Below the pieces are notes generated by a model. It had not been told where the DNA came from and did not search any database. It was given only the letters and a program-made list of their open reading frames with translations. 64,000 bases of DNA from Octopus vulgaris (Eukaryota), in assembly GCA_951406725.2 (NCBI GenBank), contig OX597832.1, forward strand, positions 35,154,001 to 35,218,000, in the 5' to 3' direction. The translations under genes and the position numbers were made by a program. Numbering within the stretch: position 1 is the first letter of the stretch; every line of letters starts with the position of its first letter. Shown in pieces: positions 25,387 through 39,659 of the stretch.

Positions 25387-26489
25387 TATAATTCTCCATA
25401 CATCTCAGCCTTGTATCATTTCATCTGTACATTATCCATTTAGTATACATCTTCTTATCAGAGAGGCTGTGACATTGGCTTAAATTGCTTTAATTTTTCA
25501 GATTTTTTTAATAATTAACTTGCACTCATCCATCTTTGAAAGTTAATATCAAAACATCTAAAAGATCATACTTATGATTTCTCTACAATTCCTGCAGATT
25601 CTCTGCATTTTCACCTCACATCTTACTTATATCTCATGAAACATTTTGATGGTAAGTTGCATCTTCCATCCTTTTGAACTATGACCACTAGTTTATTACT
25701 GATTTCTCTTTCAGTGAGTATAGATAAGATACTCTGCTATCACTATTTTCAACTACAGCAACTGAATGACTGTGTATTGTGTATATTGTTTAGCCTACTT
25801 GAAATAGTTGACAAATCTCTCTCACAGCATACCTTACCATCTTAGAAAAAAGGAATACATTTGATAATGTGGTTCTAGGTGAACAGTGCTAGGAAAGAAG
25901 TGTGGTCATGACTGGAATGCCATTGATCATAGGCTAAATCAAGGTTTACAACTGCAGCATCTGAGTGTCATGTTGTTTGTATTTCAATATAGCATCTATC
26001 CCTATATATTCTGAGTCCAAATTCCATTGGAGCTGATTTTGTCTTTAATCCCTATTGGATACATAAAACAAGTATGATTCAATTGCATCCTCATCCATTA
26101 TGAATTCCTAACTTTGTTCTAGTGTGAGGAATTAATCTACCTTCATAGTTTTTAATTTTTTGTATTTGCACTTCATAGATTAAATGTTCTCTTAAAGTCT
26201 CACTTTTTTAGTCAATTCTTTAAGATTATTGTTTTCCATCACCCTATCTGTTAATTCAGTTGATACTAATACTCTGCATACTTTATTTTAAAGGTGTTGA
26301 ATCTGATGTTTAAAGCATTTTTCCATATCTTGGGACTTGCTGTGTAGAGATCTGTTTGACCCTTCACAATTCTTTTCAGTCACTGAGAATAACTTTGTTA
26401 TTGAGCTTATCTGTCTCATTATTTTCCCACCAGACTACTATTCTCTTTTCAGCAGTATTCTTTCGGCTTGATTATATTTTTATTTAATA

Positions 26490-27165
26490 CTAGCAGTATA
26501 GCCCGGCTTTGCTTGGGATTAAGTTAGGATTAAGCTAATCAAGCTCTTTATTTCAAAGCAAACTAAGTAACATCGACGTCAAATTTGAGTGAAATCCGTT
26601 GAAATTGGTAAACTTTTGGCTGAAATTTTGCAGACAATTTGATTGGGAAATCCCATAAGGAATCAGTTTATCGATTTTTTTCCACTCATCGATTGTTTTT
26701 TTGTTTTTGGAGAACTTAAAGCATTCAAAGATCCCATGAGTCCTAAGTTATGCTGGCATCAAGTTTGAACAAAATACATCAAAATTGGTAGATGTTATGG
26801 TTGAAAAAAGTCAGATCTCTCCTTTCAAAAACATGGACAGTTTCGAAACATTGTTTACAAAATGCAAATTTGACACCCGGACGTAAGTTTTGTAAGTGGA
26901 AGAGAGAAGCCTACCTTCTCCCTCAGAGATGTGAGAGTCAGATCTCTCCTTTCGAAAACATGAACAGTTTCAAAACATTGCTTATAAAATAATAGCTTAT
27001 CGTTTGCGAAAGTGCGCGTCTACAGTCAACAGTCAACACGTAGGTCTTTTGCTCTGGTAACCTCTGCTCTCTCCCATGTTCACGCACGACCAGCTATATA
27101 TCGCTATGAGTAGAACAACGGATTCAACTAATTTGGAAATTAGTTGTGGAGAAACAGAGAATATC

Positions 27166-27199
<34 letters not shown>

Positions 27200-27676
27200 G
27201 CAACACGCACACACACACACACACATTGCATACATGTGTTTTGTACTCATACATGCTCGTGTGTGTATGTGTGACTGAAGCCATTCACATACATACATAC
27301 ATACATACATACATAACAACACCTGTCTGTTTTTGCCTGTCAATTACTCAGTAAAAAGACGAAATTTTAAAAATCTGTTATCTCTCTCTCTCTCTCTCTC
27401 TCTCTCCCTCCCTCTCTTTACACCGTCGCTAGTAGGGGACTTAACTCATGTTGGTAAACAATGGTGGATTTCTCCACCGTGAAAATTGTTATGGTCGAAA
27501 ATTTATTTTTACCGCTATTCTCTGGTGCCTCGGGAAAAAATAATTTGATGAAAATACAGCTAGGGTCATGACAAATATCCTCCTAAAATTGGAGCGACAT
27601 GCGTGCTAATTTGTGGGCATGCATAAATTACATTCATGTACACACACACACATCCTGCCTTTTATATATATACAGA
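26490..27676 (-). mobile_element. Non-autonomous Helitron
   Basis: Minus strand begins A|TCTGTATATATA and ends with hairpin cccaagcaaagccggg then CTAG|T. Internal helicase motif-VI fragment FTHDQLYIAMSR..TENIVY on the + strand at 27076-27170. Confidence 0.8.
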
Positions 27677-27914
27677 TTTAGTATCAGGTATCACTATACA
27701 CCATTACTTTTTGCCTTCTGTTTAAACATATTTTTATGCTTGTATAAAATGTGTTGTTTGATCTAGGAATCCTTAAAATAATCAACTAAAAAGCTTTTCA
27801 ATAATAGTCCTGATTTAATTTCATTAGTCAAAAATGGTCTTGTAAGGTTTCTCTTACTGTTTTCATTTAAACATTTCAAGTTGACAGCAGTATTGTAGTT
27901 AGAGCATTTAAAAA

Positions 27915-29110
27915 TAGAAGGCAGGGAAAGCATCTGATCCATCAGGAATTAATGCCAAGATGCTTAAGATGTTTGGTTGAGTAGGATATGAATGAGTTAC
28001 CCACATAGTAAATTAGGTAGTATAAGAAGGTGTCCTATGCAAGGATTGGCATAGCAGCAGTAGTGTTAACTGTTACAAAAGAGATGCTCAAGAGCTATGT
28101 AACTACAAAGGTTTAAAATTGTTAGATCAAGTAAAGAAATTCATGGAAAGAGTCATAACTCAGTTGATGAGGAAGAAAATAAGTATATATGAGACAGTTA
28201 TGTTTTGTGCTGGGAAGAAGTATTCTCAGTCAGAAAACTGTAGAAGTACTTAACCAAAACTAATCCTCTATACCTCCTTTTTGTTGATGTATAGAAAGCC
28301 TTTGACTGGCTTCCACACTGTAAAATCTGGTAGTCACTGAGGAAGTTAGGAGAAGTATGGCTTTTGAGAGCCACACAATCCATATATAATGGTACAGTTA
28401 ATAAGGAGATAGTCAGCAATGAATTCAGTGATGAATTAATTTTGAAGTAGGAGTTCATCTGAGGTCAATCTGCAGCTCATTTTTTTAAATTATAGTCCTC
28501 CAGGCAATTAAAGGATTTTAAAGTTAGATGTCCATGAGAACTTCTAAATGCTGATTACCAAGATCTCCTGCCAAACTTCTAATAAATTTAGAGAAGAAAT
28601 TCCAGTTGCACAAGCAAAACCTAGAATCAAGAATAAAATTTGAAAACCTAATGCATTAGTAAGTAGGAGATAAGACAAGATTCTGCTACCATACTCAGTA
28701 TGCAATGATAGTACAGTAAAAATAAGTCATATAAAGCTCAGAGCAAAGGGCAAATTGCACAATGCTTGTGTATGAAGTGTGGTGTTACATAGTTGTAAAA
28801 CAAGAGCCCATAAATGCTGAGGACCAGCAAATGTTAGAAAGAAATGAAGTGAACATGTTCTGCTGGATGTGTACTATTAGCATGTATGAACAATGGAGAA
28901 CAAATGAATTGAGAGAAAAATTGAATATAAGAGGAATCAGAAGTAGTGTGCAAAAGAAAAGTCTGTACTGGTAAGAACATGTGATTCATACGGAGAAGAA
29001 ATGTATAAAGAAATGATGCACACTAAAAGTGGATGGTATCTGTAAAAGAGGGCTACTAAAGAAGACTTGGGATGAAAAGATGAAGATTGATCTAAAGGTT
29101 TTGCATCTCA
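27915..29110 (+). mobile_element. Old RTE LINE remnant
   Basis: Colinear with 5900-7250 (NYKGLKLLDQV, KAFD, LERNEVNMFCWMC). Confidence 0.75.
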
Positions 29111-29116
29111 TGAGGT

Positions 29117-30062
29117 TCATCATCATCATCATCGTTTAATGTCCGTTCTCCATGCTAGCATGGGTTGGACGGTTCGACCGGGATCTGTAAGCCAGAAGGC
29201 TGCACCAGGCTCCAGTCTTATCTGGCAATGTTTCTAGAGCTGGATGCCCTTCCTAACGCCAACCACTCCGTGAGTGTAATGGGTGCTTTTTATGTGTCAC
29301 CAGCACAGGTGCCAGGCGAGGCTGGCAACGGCCACGATCGGATTGGTGCTTTTAACATGCCACCGGCACAGAAGCCAGTCAAGGCAGCGCTGGCATCGGC
29401 CACGTTCGGATGGTGCTTGTTACGTGCCACCAGCACAGGGATTACAACTACAATTTCCATTGATTTTTGATGTTGATGTACTTGACTCAATAGGTCTCCT
29501 CAAGCACACGGTCGAAACGGTGTTTCTTTACTTGCCACCTGCACACGAGTCAGTCCAGCGGCACTGGCAACTTCCGGGTGCCTGACATAGGATTGGTTCA
29601 ATTTCAATTCCGATTTCACTTGCCCCAACAGGTCTTCACAAGCAGAGTTTAGTGTCCAATGAAGGGAGGTTGGCATGGGTGCCAGTCGTCGGATGAGGGT
29701 CGATTTCGAATTCAATTTTGACTTCACTTGCCTCAACAGGTCTTCACATGTCCAAGGAAGGAAAGGCATGCATAAGTGGGCTGGCTACATCCCTGGCAAG
29801 GGATACGGGATGGACTCACTTGTCCTGCCGGGTCTTCTCATGCACAGCATATTTCCAAAGATCTCGGTCACTAGTCATTGCCTCGGTGAGGCCTAATGTT
29901 CGAAGGTTGTGCTTCTCCACCTTGTCCCAGGTTTTCCTGGGTCTACCTCTTCCACGGGTTCCTTCAACCGCTAGGGATTGGCACTTTTCACACACCTATC
30001 TTCATCCATTCTCGCCACATGACTCTACCAGCGCAATCGTCTCTCTTGCACACCACAGCTGA
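29117..30062 (-). mobile_element. RTE LINE 3' end
   Basis: (CAT)n tail at 29117 and RTE 3' UTR/C-terminus shared with 31400 and 56000-56645. Confidence 0.8.
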
Positions 30063-30589
30063 TGAGGTTTGCTGATAAAAGACTGTGTGAGTTGATAACA
30101 TGTAAGAAGACCTGCACTCATAATAAAACAAGGGTGACTGAGATGGATGCACTCATTAGACTCTTCCTCTATCTCTCACCTCTTCTACACCAGCCTCCTG
30201 CCTCTTACTTTCACCGACTCTTTCTGCATAGCTTTTCTGTTTTCTTGTTACCCTCTTTTCCCCTCTATCATGCACCTCCACCACTACCCCAGGCCCACTT
30301 GTTCACAAAATAGCACTGAATCTTCCTTTATTCATCTTACCCACTTCTATTTACTTCCCCTATTCATCTCTCTCTAACCCCTGGTTTTCTTCTACTACTT
30401 TTCTCTGCACTGTCTCTTCTCTTCCTTCTATCTCTACCAACTTCTAACAATAGTAAATTTGTTCCTCCCATATTTTCACTTCCTCAGTACCTCATCTTAA
30501 GTCAGCTTATGCCGTTACCATCTCTTCTATTTTCTCTCTCACTATAATCTGATGAGTTATAAGATGATCTCACTAGAGTCAATGCATGA

Positions 30590-30910
30590 TAAAATGCACT
30601 CTGTACATGCAGTAAAGTCATAGGCAGATCAAACAGTTATAATATGTACATGAGAGGACTTTTTAGTCTTGTCTAGTACATGACAACCTGTTTAGTTGCT
30701 GATGCCTTGGTAAAATGCACCCAGTACACTCTGTAAAGTGGTTGGTGTTATGAAAGACATCTAGCTGTAGACTGAGATGTCTGAGGAAGCTGTGGTCCAC
30801 TGACACATCCATCAGGGCAATAACTTTGCATAAAACTGACTCAGATCATCATGGGGGTGATCTGTTCACCCTATGCCAGTAAGGGTAGTGGATGTAAATG
30901 ATGATGATGA
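30590..30910 (+). mobile_element. RTE-type 3' tail fragment
   Basis: aaatgcacccagtacactctgtaaagtggttggtgtt ... aaatgatgatgatga, as at 7465-7630. Confidence 0.6.
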
Positions 30911-31396
30911 CTACATTCTCTTAAAGCTCATATGGTATAATGATGATAATTCCAAACTGCAACATGCAGTCAAGGTGCAGTTCTCCAACCTATATAAGAG
31001 GGTAGTATCTCTAAATAAGTCACTAACTTGGGCATCAAACCCATGACGGCATGAAAATTTGACCTAAAAGGATGATATTGGTACAATTGACAGTGACAGC
31101 AATACTACCACAAAATATGATCAGAACTGACTGGAGGTGTGTATACAATGTAGAAATGTCCATGACATTCTACAGAGGGAAAGCAGTGTCCATGACCCTC
31201 TACAGAACCTCTGATACTAGTAAGAGGAAAGAGGGTATCTTCAAACTAGAGGCTTGTTCCAAATGCTTGCAACAGACAGGATTCTGTTAAAGGCACTGAA
31301 AATGCCAGGTGGTGCTGTTGAAGTAAGTGATGGATTGAGTCTGATACCCAAGATTAAGTTTACCATCCAGGATTAAATGTACCACTCATTATTCAT

Positions 31397-32390
31397 TATC
31401 ATCATCATCATCATTTAACGTCTGCTTTCCATGCTGGCATGGGTTGGATGGTTTGACTGAAAACTGGCAAGCCAGGAGGCTGCACCTGGCTCCAATCTGA
31501 TCTGGCAAGGTTTCTACAGCTGGATGCCCTTCCTAGCACCAACCACTCTGAGAGTGTAGTGGGTGCTTTTTATGTGCCACCAGCACAGGTGCCAGTGAGG
31601 CAGCGCTGGCATTGGCCATGACTATGATTTCACTTAACTCAACAGCTCTTCTGAAGTACAGCATATTGCCCGACGATTGAAGAATACTTTTAAATGGGCC
31701 AGTTATGGGACACTGGCATTGGCCACAATCTCACTCAGTTAGCCATGTCTTTTCAACGGCCTCGGTCACTTGTCATTGCCTCTGTGAGGCCCAATGTTTG
31801 AAGGTCGTACTTCACCACTTCATCCCATATCTTCCTGGGACTACCTCTTCCACAGGTTCCCTCCACTGTTAGGGTGTAACACTTTTTCACACAGCTGCCC
31901 TCATCCATACACAACACATGACCATATTAGCACGGTTGTCTCTCTTGCACACCACATCTCATGCTTCTTATGTCCAACTTTTCTCTCAGGGTGCTTACAC
32001 TCTGTTGTGTTTGCACACATTACACATCCAGTGGAGCATACTAGCTTCATTTCTTTCATGCCTATGCATGTCCTCAGCAGTTGCATGCCATGTTTCACTG
32101 CCATGTAGCATGGCTGTTTGCACTCCTGCATTATACAGTCTACCTTTCACTCAGAGCGAGAGGCTCTTTGTCACCAGCAGAGGTAGGAGCTCTCTGAACT
32201 TTGCCCAGCCTATTCTTATTCTTACAGCTACATTCTCAGAGCATCCACCCCCCACTACTAACTTGGTCACCTAGGTAACGGAAGCTATCAACTACTTCTA
32301 GTTTTTCCCCTTGGCATGTGATGGAGTCTGTTTTCTGTACATCTTTAGTGTTTATTGCATGTGTGCATCTGCCACACACAAAAACTGTCT
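31397..32390 (-). mobile_element. RTE LINE 3' portion ending ~50 bp before a WRAP53 exon
   Basis: (CAT)n tail; C-terminal ORF2 homology (LEVVDSFRYLGD, RIGWAKFRELLPLL). Confidence 0.85.
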
Positions 32391-32438
32391 TGAAGATTAA
32401 AAAAATTACTATCTTTGGTAATATTTTCTATTCCATAG

Positions 32439-32527
32439 GATGCAGTCCTGAAGATGTTTGAATCAGGAACAATTTATGACTACTGCTGGTATCCAGGAAT
32501 GTCATCAGCTTCTCCAGACACTTGTTG
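32439..32527 (+). CDS. WRAP53: WRAP53 exon ([29 protein letters not shown])
   Basis: atag| ... |gtgag; IYDYCWY is a TCAB1 hallmark. Confidence 0.95.
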
Positions 32528-33248
32528 GTGAGCATTTTAGACTGTAGACTGATTCCTTTCTTTCTCAATTGATAATGTAACATTGTAGCATGAGGTTTCC
32601 CAATAGAACTCATTTTCTGAATATTTGCTATTTGGTTGAACAATCAGTCGTGATTTTATACTGGGAAAAAAAAGCTGCTAAAAAAGGAATTTGATAAAAA
32701 TTTGTGGAACATTTATGGAAAATAATTGTATTTTTAAGTGTAATTTGTTGTTCCTTTTGAGAAATATAAAAGTATTATTTAATTGACCAGTTATTTGATT
32801 ACAATAAATGCATTGAAGAGAAGAAAAAATGTAATGTTTTGGTTCATACAATTCTTATTTCTGGCTAACTGGTATTGCTAATGTTCATCTAGGAACACAA
32901 GTTAGTAGTGGTGGTAGTAGTAGTAGCAGCAGCAGCAGCAGGAGTATCATTCGGTGATTTGTTGTATGGGTATTTCATAATTATTACTTGTGGGTACTCA
33001 TTATCAAACTTACACTACTGAATGAATAAATTTGGACCTCATGTTTGCTTAAAATAGTTTCAGTCAGTTTATGGTTTATCAATATTGAAGCTAAGTGGAT
33101 TAGTTGGGTTAATACCATAATCCATTGTTCTCTCTAGAGAGTTCAACTCCATTATTATTTTTAGTAAAGTATGAATAAAAATATATTCTCTGAATTATGA
33201 TTTTTTTTTTCACTAACAATATTTCTATAATTCTTTCTGCTTTTGTAG

Positions 33249-33339
33249 CTTAGCTAGTACATCCAAAAATAATCCAGTCCATTTGTGGGATGCTTTTACA
33301 GGGGAATTACGTTGTACATATAGAGCTTATGATCAAGCT
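33249..33339 (+). CDS. WRAP53: WRAP53 exon ([30 protein letters not shown])
   Basis: gtag| ... |gtaagt; [11 protein letters not shown] is conserved. Confidence 0.95.
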
Positions 33340-33899
33340 GTAAGTAGTATTTCAGATTTCTGATTTTATTCCCTAAGAAAATTCATTAAAAAAGCACACT
33401 TTTTAAACTCAGTAATTTTTGGTGAGATTTAATAAGTTATTCTTCATTAAAAAATCTCATTGCATTTTATTATTCATTTATATTCATAAAATTGTATCAT
33501 TCAAATAGGATAAAGTTAGCATGTCTGTTAGTGATGGCTACCTGTGCAATAATTACCATCTTATAAACATTATATAATCTACAAGCATACCTGTGTCGTC
33601 AAAAATTCAGACTGCTCTATTAATGATAGAAAATGGTGCATCAAAACAATGGGAGTGTAGCAGGAGTTTTCAGCAATCCAATCACTATATTTGATATTGC
33701 AGTTCGCTAGAATATTACCCATGTGATCAACAAAATCTAACTTATCACAACTTCACATGGAATAGGCTCCAGTGACAATTTCAACTTTTTGCGCGCTTTC
33801 TGAGCCTAACCATCAGTATTAAATTCAACAATTGAGAGACAGCAGAGATGAGATGGCAGACAGGCATGGTAGCTGTTGACTCAAGCTGACAACAAACAA

Positions 33900-34600
33900 T
33901 GAATGCTTGGCAATAGCAACACAATAACTGTCAGTTAACTTTTTGACTACTACTGAAATTACACCAAGACCAATAACATTTCAACTGCCTCTTGATGTTT
34001 TCTCATGTGTAGTAATGACAGTATTTGTTTTTTGTGTATGGAAAGAATAAAATCTTGTTTATCATAAATCTCACCTTCTCCTGTGTTCTTCGTACAACTG
34101 ATGCCGCACACATTTAAAGAACATCTTTGCAGCCAATGCTGAGGGAAGAATATGATATGGCTTAGAAACAACTCACCAATGGCTCCATCTGCTGGACACT
34201 ACTGCTACACAATTTACCAACATTTTGCAAGTTTATATGAACACTGATATGTCTCTGGAAGAATTTTCTCTGCCATTGTAGCCTTGCTGCTTCACAATCA
34301 TCTCTGTCATTCATACTCTAGTGATTGTGTATCAAACACACTTCTTCTCAGCACTTCAAACGTTTTCAGCAACACTACCTAGATGTCAGTACCTGCAGCA
34401 GCATCGTTATCAACCAACATACTCAGTAAATTCCTATTCATCCTATTTTCTTTGTGGCTCATTGTCAAAAAAGACTCCATTAGCATTGAATGCCTGCAAT
34501 TAGTTCATCTTGCATCTCTAATGACATCAACCTCACCATCTGAACAAACAATATCTTCCACTCATGCCTCCATCTATTCTGGTGACAACATGGATATTTC
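33900..34600 (-). mobile_element. Possible piggyBac-like transposase remnant
   Basis: Acidic N-terminal-like piece and a Cys-rich C-terminal-like piece (RCSLNVCG); heavily decayed. Confidence 0.3.
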
Positions 34601-36104
34601 CAGTGCAGTAATAAAAAAGACCATTTTCTTCATCAAGATTACTATTTTCTTTCTTACTGATTTCCCTTTCTTTCTGTTTACATTGCACACACTTGACATG
34701 CATACATTTACATTTAGCATGCACACAAACGCCCCACACTTGCATAATATGCACATAGACACGTCGCAAACACATTCATTGCTAGCATTCTACATAGAAT
34801 TACTATGGATGCAACCTGATTTCAGCTACTTATATTCCTAAGCTTGGAAATAGCTGAATAAGTTCACAATACCAACCCATGGTATTCAATGTGCATATTC
34901 AGATGCACATGAATATGCAACTAACAACCCACTGGTATACATGACACCAACACTCTGGTGTCCATGCACATGACTATGTATGAGTCACTCACTCCCTCAT
35001 TCACTCACTTATACATTTAGCTGCACTCGTCTGGCTTGCATATATGTATCTTCATCAGATCTTCTTTTCTAGTATTTCTAAAATCATACTTTGGGCTACC
35101 ATTTAACCAACATTTTTAATCTTTTCTAATTCATGCTCCTTTACACAAATTATTGTATCTTGCAATTCCTGCACTGTTGTCATCATTTCATTCAATTCAC
35201 TATGAATGGGCATTTTACTGCCTGGAGAGCCATGTAATGAGAATATTCAGCAGTCCAATCACTATGTTGCTCCAGCAATGATTTCATCTTTCTGGGCCTA
35301 GGCTATCAGTGTAAGTCTGGCACCCCTTGACTACTTGACAGGGAGCTTTGAGTGAACATTGGCAGACAGCAGTAACAAGATGGCAGATGAATGGCAAACA
35401 GACTTATCAATATGGGAACTGAGCTTATTGCAAACTCTTCTTGTAAATTTTATGCTACATTCATGTTTAGGATCATTATTCGAAAAATCTTCAGACATTC
35501 CTCTATAAGTGCTAACCCTTTAGCAATAATTCTTAGTCAATTTAATGTGGTGTAGTGAAACATTCATTGAAGTCGGCAAGATTTGAATATGTAAACTTTA
35601 GGCTGCAAGTGAACTGAGAAAACTGTTTAATATTAGTGGCATTGATTGGTGTACACTAACTACTAGTATTTGCAAAACTCTTTTCTATACATTTTAAAGA
35701 ATACTTCCAGTGTGCTTAATATGACAATTTATGGCCAGTGTTTGATCTGCAAGAATTATTTCTCCTATATTTGAAATGGTAAGACATTCCTGACATCTGG
35801 AATGATAAATATTTAGTTTGTTTGTTCATCTCATTTTTTTCAATAACATTTATTTCTCTACTTACCTTTTCTATATCTCTTTCAAAGCTGCAAATCAAGT
35901 AACTAATGCAATCATTACCCATTTGTATATCATTGCTCCAGGACTCATTGTACTAATTACCAACTTTCAATGATTCAGGCTAAATATTGATTCAAAACAC
36001 AGAAACATTTTCTTCTCATATGAAAAATTTCAGTATAGACTTGTTGGCAAAGTTGTAAAATGTGTGCTAAGAAAACTGACAACAGAAAATGAGCAAAAAA
36101 ATGG

Positions 36105-37620
36105 AATAATAATAATAATAATAATAATTGTGTACAGTGCTCAGGTGCACTACAACTCATCTAAAGTGTATATATAATCAGGTGAAGTTTCGGCGGATTT
36201 GGAAAGCATGAGGGCCTTAAAAGATGCAGTGTCATGGCAGTCAACAACTGACGCAGGCAGTTTATTCCATGCTTCAGCAACTCTGAGCGTGAAAAAATGT
36301 TTCCGAAAGTCATGGGAGCTGTATTGTTTTCTGACTTTGTAGGCATGTCCACGTGTGTTAGACACATGGAGATCAAAAAGGTGTTCAGTGTTGTTGTTGG
36401 TGAGGTGGTTGATAACTTTGTGGGTGTTTACCAAGTCCGTCGCCAAACGCCGGAGCTTCAGTGAATCCATGCCCAGGGAAACAAGGCGCTCAGAATATGG
36501 TAGGTGTCTGATGGAGGGTATGCGTTTGGTTGCACGTCTCTGGACAGATTCCAGGAGGTCAATGTTCTGTGCAAGATAGGGGTTCCAAATTGATGATGCG
36601 AATTCCAAGTGTGGTCGTACCATAGCTGTATACAGTTTTAAATAGATGGCTGGAGAGCGGCTAACAAAAGACCTGCTGAGTGATGCCAAGACACCCTCGG
36701 CCTTCCTGACAATCTTAGAGATATGCTTTGACCAACGCAAATCACTGCTGACAGTGATGCCTAGGTCACGCTCGCAAGAGGATTTCTTGATATCAGTGTT
36801 GTGGAGGGAGTATGTGAACGCAGGGTTTTTTCTCCCAAAATGCATGGTGGTACACTTGTCCACAGCCAGTTTCAGTTGCCAGTCTGTGATCCATTGCTGC
36901 ATTGTGTCTAGGTCTGATTGCAGGAAAGAGTTGTAGACATCAGGATCTGTCCTCTTGATTTCAAGGTACAGCTTGATGTCGTCTGCATATTTCAATACTG
37001 TGGCATTCTTTAAATTGGCATCTATGTCGTTAATGTATGCCACAAACAAGAGGGGGCCAAGGACAGATCCCTGTGGTACACCCGATGACATCTCATATGG
37101 TGTAGAGTGCTGTCCTAGAACTGTGACTACCTCCTTTCGGCTGAGGATGAAGGATTTCAACCAGTTAAAAAGGTCATCCCCCACACCCATTGCAGAGAGT
37201 TTCACCATAAGCCTTTTGTGTGGCACAGAGTTGAAAGCCTTAGCAAAGTCAAGGTAGACAACATCCACCCATGAGCCACTGTCAGTAATCTGAGTAATGT
37301 CCTCAAGGAACTCGACAAGCTGGTCACTGCAGCTGGAGTTAGGGACAAATCCATATTGTGAGGGTCGGATGAGACTGTGAGAGCTCCAGAAGTTCCAGAG
37401 TGTTTCTCTGACACACGATTCCATCAGTTTTGCAATACAGCTAGTGAGACTGACTGGGCGATAGTTGACAGGTGATGTGCGGTCGCCCTTTTTGAACAGA
37501 GGAATGACACTGGCAGTTTTCCACTGCTCCGGAGTAGCACCATTGTTGAGACAGTACTGGAAGAAAATAGAAAGCTGGTGTAAAAGGAAGTGCCTGCCAC
37601 GTTTGAGAAGCAGGTAGTAA
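36105..37620 (-). mobile_element. CR1-clade LINE, 5'-truncated, with an uninterrupted ~490-codon RT frame
   Basis: NYRPVSLTS, QYGF, YLDFAKAF, GVPQGSVLGPLLF, YADD, HLEFAS, NTRGH; (ATT)n tail. Confidence 0.95.
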
Positions 37621-37690
37621 CATTTTCTTCCCTTTTTCATTAACATATGACAAAATATCTTTGTAAACATATCACTTTTCAATTTTAAAG

Positions 37691-37823
37691 GATGAAATTA
37701 CATCAGCACATAGCTTGGCATTCAGTTTGGATGGGAATAAACTTTTTTGTGGTTTTAACAAGATGTTAAGAATATTTGATGTCAGTCAACCAGGTCGGTT
37801 TTGTACCGAACAAGCAACATATT
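37691..37823 (+). CDS. WRAP53: WRAP53 exon ([44 protein letters not shown])
   Basis: aag| ... |gtaagt; matches TCAB1 [23 protein letters not shown]. Confidence 0.95.
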
Positions 37824-39659
37824 GTAAGTATTTCATTGTTTTTTGTTTGTATTTGTAATAAGTAAATGGTAAGGTAAAGGTAAAAACTGAATATATATTT
37901 TTATAAACCTAACTTTATGAAGTCATCATCATCATCATGTGCACCATATTGTGCACCATATTGTGCACTTACAAATGAAAATCACTTAAAACCAAATTAC
38001 CATGTTGTATCAACATTACGTGTGTTTTTGCACCTGAAAATTCCAAACAATTTTTCACATTTATGAGGTGAAATTGATCAATTTTTACAAGCTGATTTCA
38101 AAAATTACAAAGAAATTATCCTATTACCTACAGTTTCTTCACAAAATCAATCATTGCATCTTACTATTATGCCCATATTTGACTATTGTCTTTTATTATT
38201 ATCATTAATTGCCATATTTAAATAACAGTATAACTAATAGGCATAATTTTGAAAAATAAACATCTGGCAACATTTCGACTACTTCAGCTACACAGGGAAG
38301 TGCTGGCATCACAAGCTTCAGTCACCTCCAAGCAGGGAAGAGATAAAGACATGCTTTACAAGCTTAGGCTGAAATGTATTTTTTCCTCATCCTTTTTTAG
38401 TGTGTATATGCTACATACATTGTTTTATTGTATCATATGTTACATTTCAATGCATCTTTAATGATATTATGTATACATTTAGATGGTGAATCAAATATAG
38501 GCTGTTTAACAAATGTCCCCTTCCCCTTTCCTTTCCTTCATTTGAAGTAAGGATGTCTTCTAGAAGATATACAGCAAGCATGGATAACTTTTGTTACATT
38601 TTTCGGAAGTTTATGACTAAAAATCATCAGAGAAACATTACTGAATTTGTAAAAAAAATTGACTCTGCCTAGTTTGGTGTGAAATTGAGGCCTACTCAAT
38701 TTCTGTTGAAGAACTAAAACACTGGGCAAAATGTACAAAGAAGTCTTTTTGATTTGGCCTTCCAGTGATATGGAGAGAGCCTGAAGATCACAGTAAGATG
38801 CAGGCACACAATTTGAAGAGTGGTAAAAAGACTATTTATCCAAATCTGCCATCTGCTGCATTGCTCATGGACCAGATGTTCCAGTCTCGTCTCCATCAGG
38901 AAACCTTGGAGACACACACGAGTTCTGAGTCAGAAGACAGAAACAGCAATGATGAAGACTTCAATAGCAGTGAAAGTGAAGAACTCAACTATTCAACCCG
39001 TGTGAATTAAATGGGAGGAGGCATTGGAGGAGGTGACTTGAAACTAATTTGCATGTTGTTTGGACAACAGTCAGACTACACAAAGTTTTCCTGTTTCTCA
39101 TGTAAATGGGACAGCAGATCCAGGAACCTCCATTGGTTTAAAAAAGAATAGCCAACTAGGGACACACTTACACGAGGAAAAAAGAATATCCTTCGAGAAA
39201 GTTTGGTTGACCTGAAAAGAGTTCTTTTGCCTACTCTACATATAAAACTTAGCCTCATGAAAGAATTCTTTAAAACTTTGTTGCAAGATGGGGAGGGCTT
39301 CAGGTATTTGTGTAACATATTTCTCTTCCTTTACTCAACTATCCCATTTATATTCTGATCCCCATTCCTTGTGAGTATGCCTAGCATTTTGCCATCATCT
39401 CTATCCTGCTGCCTCCCACTCTCTCTCTCTCTCTCTCTCTCTCCTCCTCCTCCTGCACTTCCATCAGGTTAGGTAACTGTGTATTTCCTTTGCAGGTGCA
39501 CGCCTGTTTCTGTCTTCATTCCTGCTCTTTCTCTCTCCGGCTGGGTAACCTTGTACTTCATCTACAGCAAGACACCTGTATCTGTCTCATTATAATCTTT
39601 TTATCATCACCTCCGCCAATGCCTCCTCCCATCTCAAAAGTTGTTTTTTTCTTTATGTC

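Noticed and set aside
37621-37682. N-terminus of the 510-aa ORF as a host gene start
   Set aside because: Intronic sequence in frame by chance with a truncated CR1 RT.
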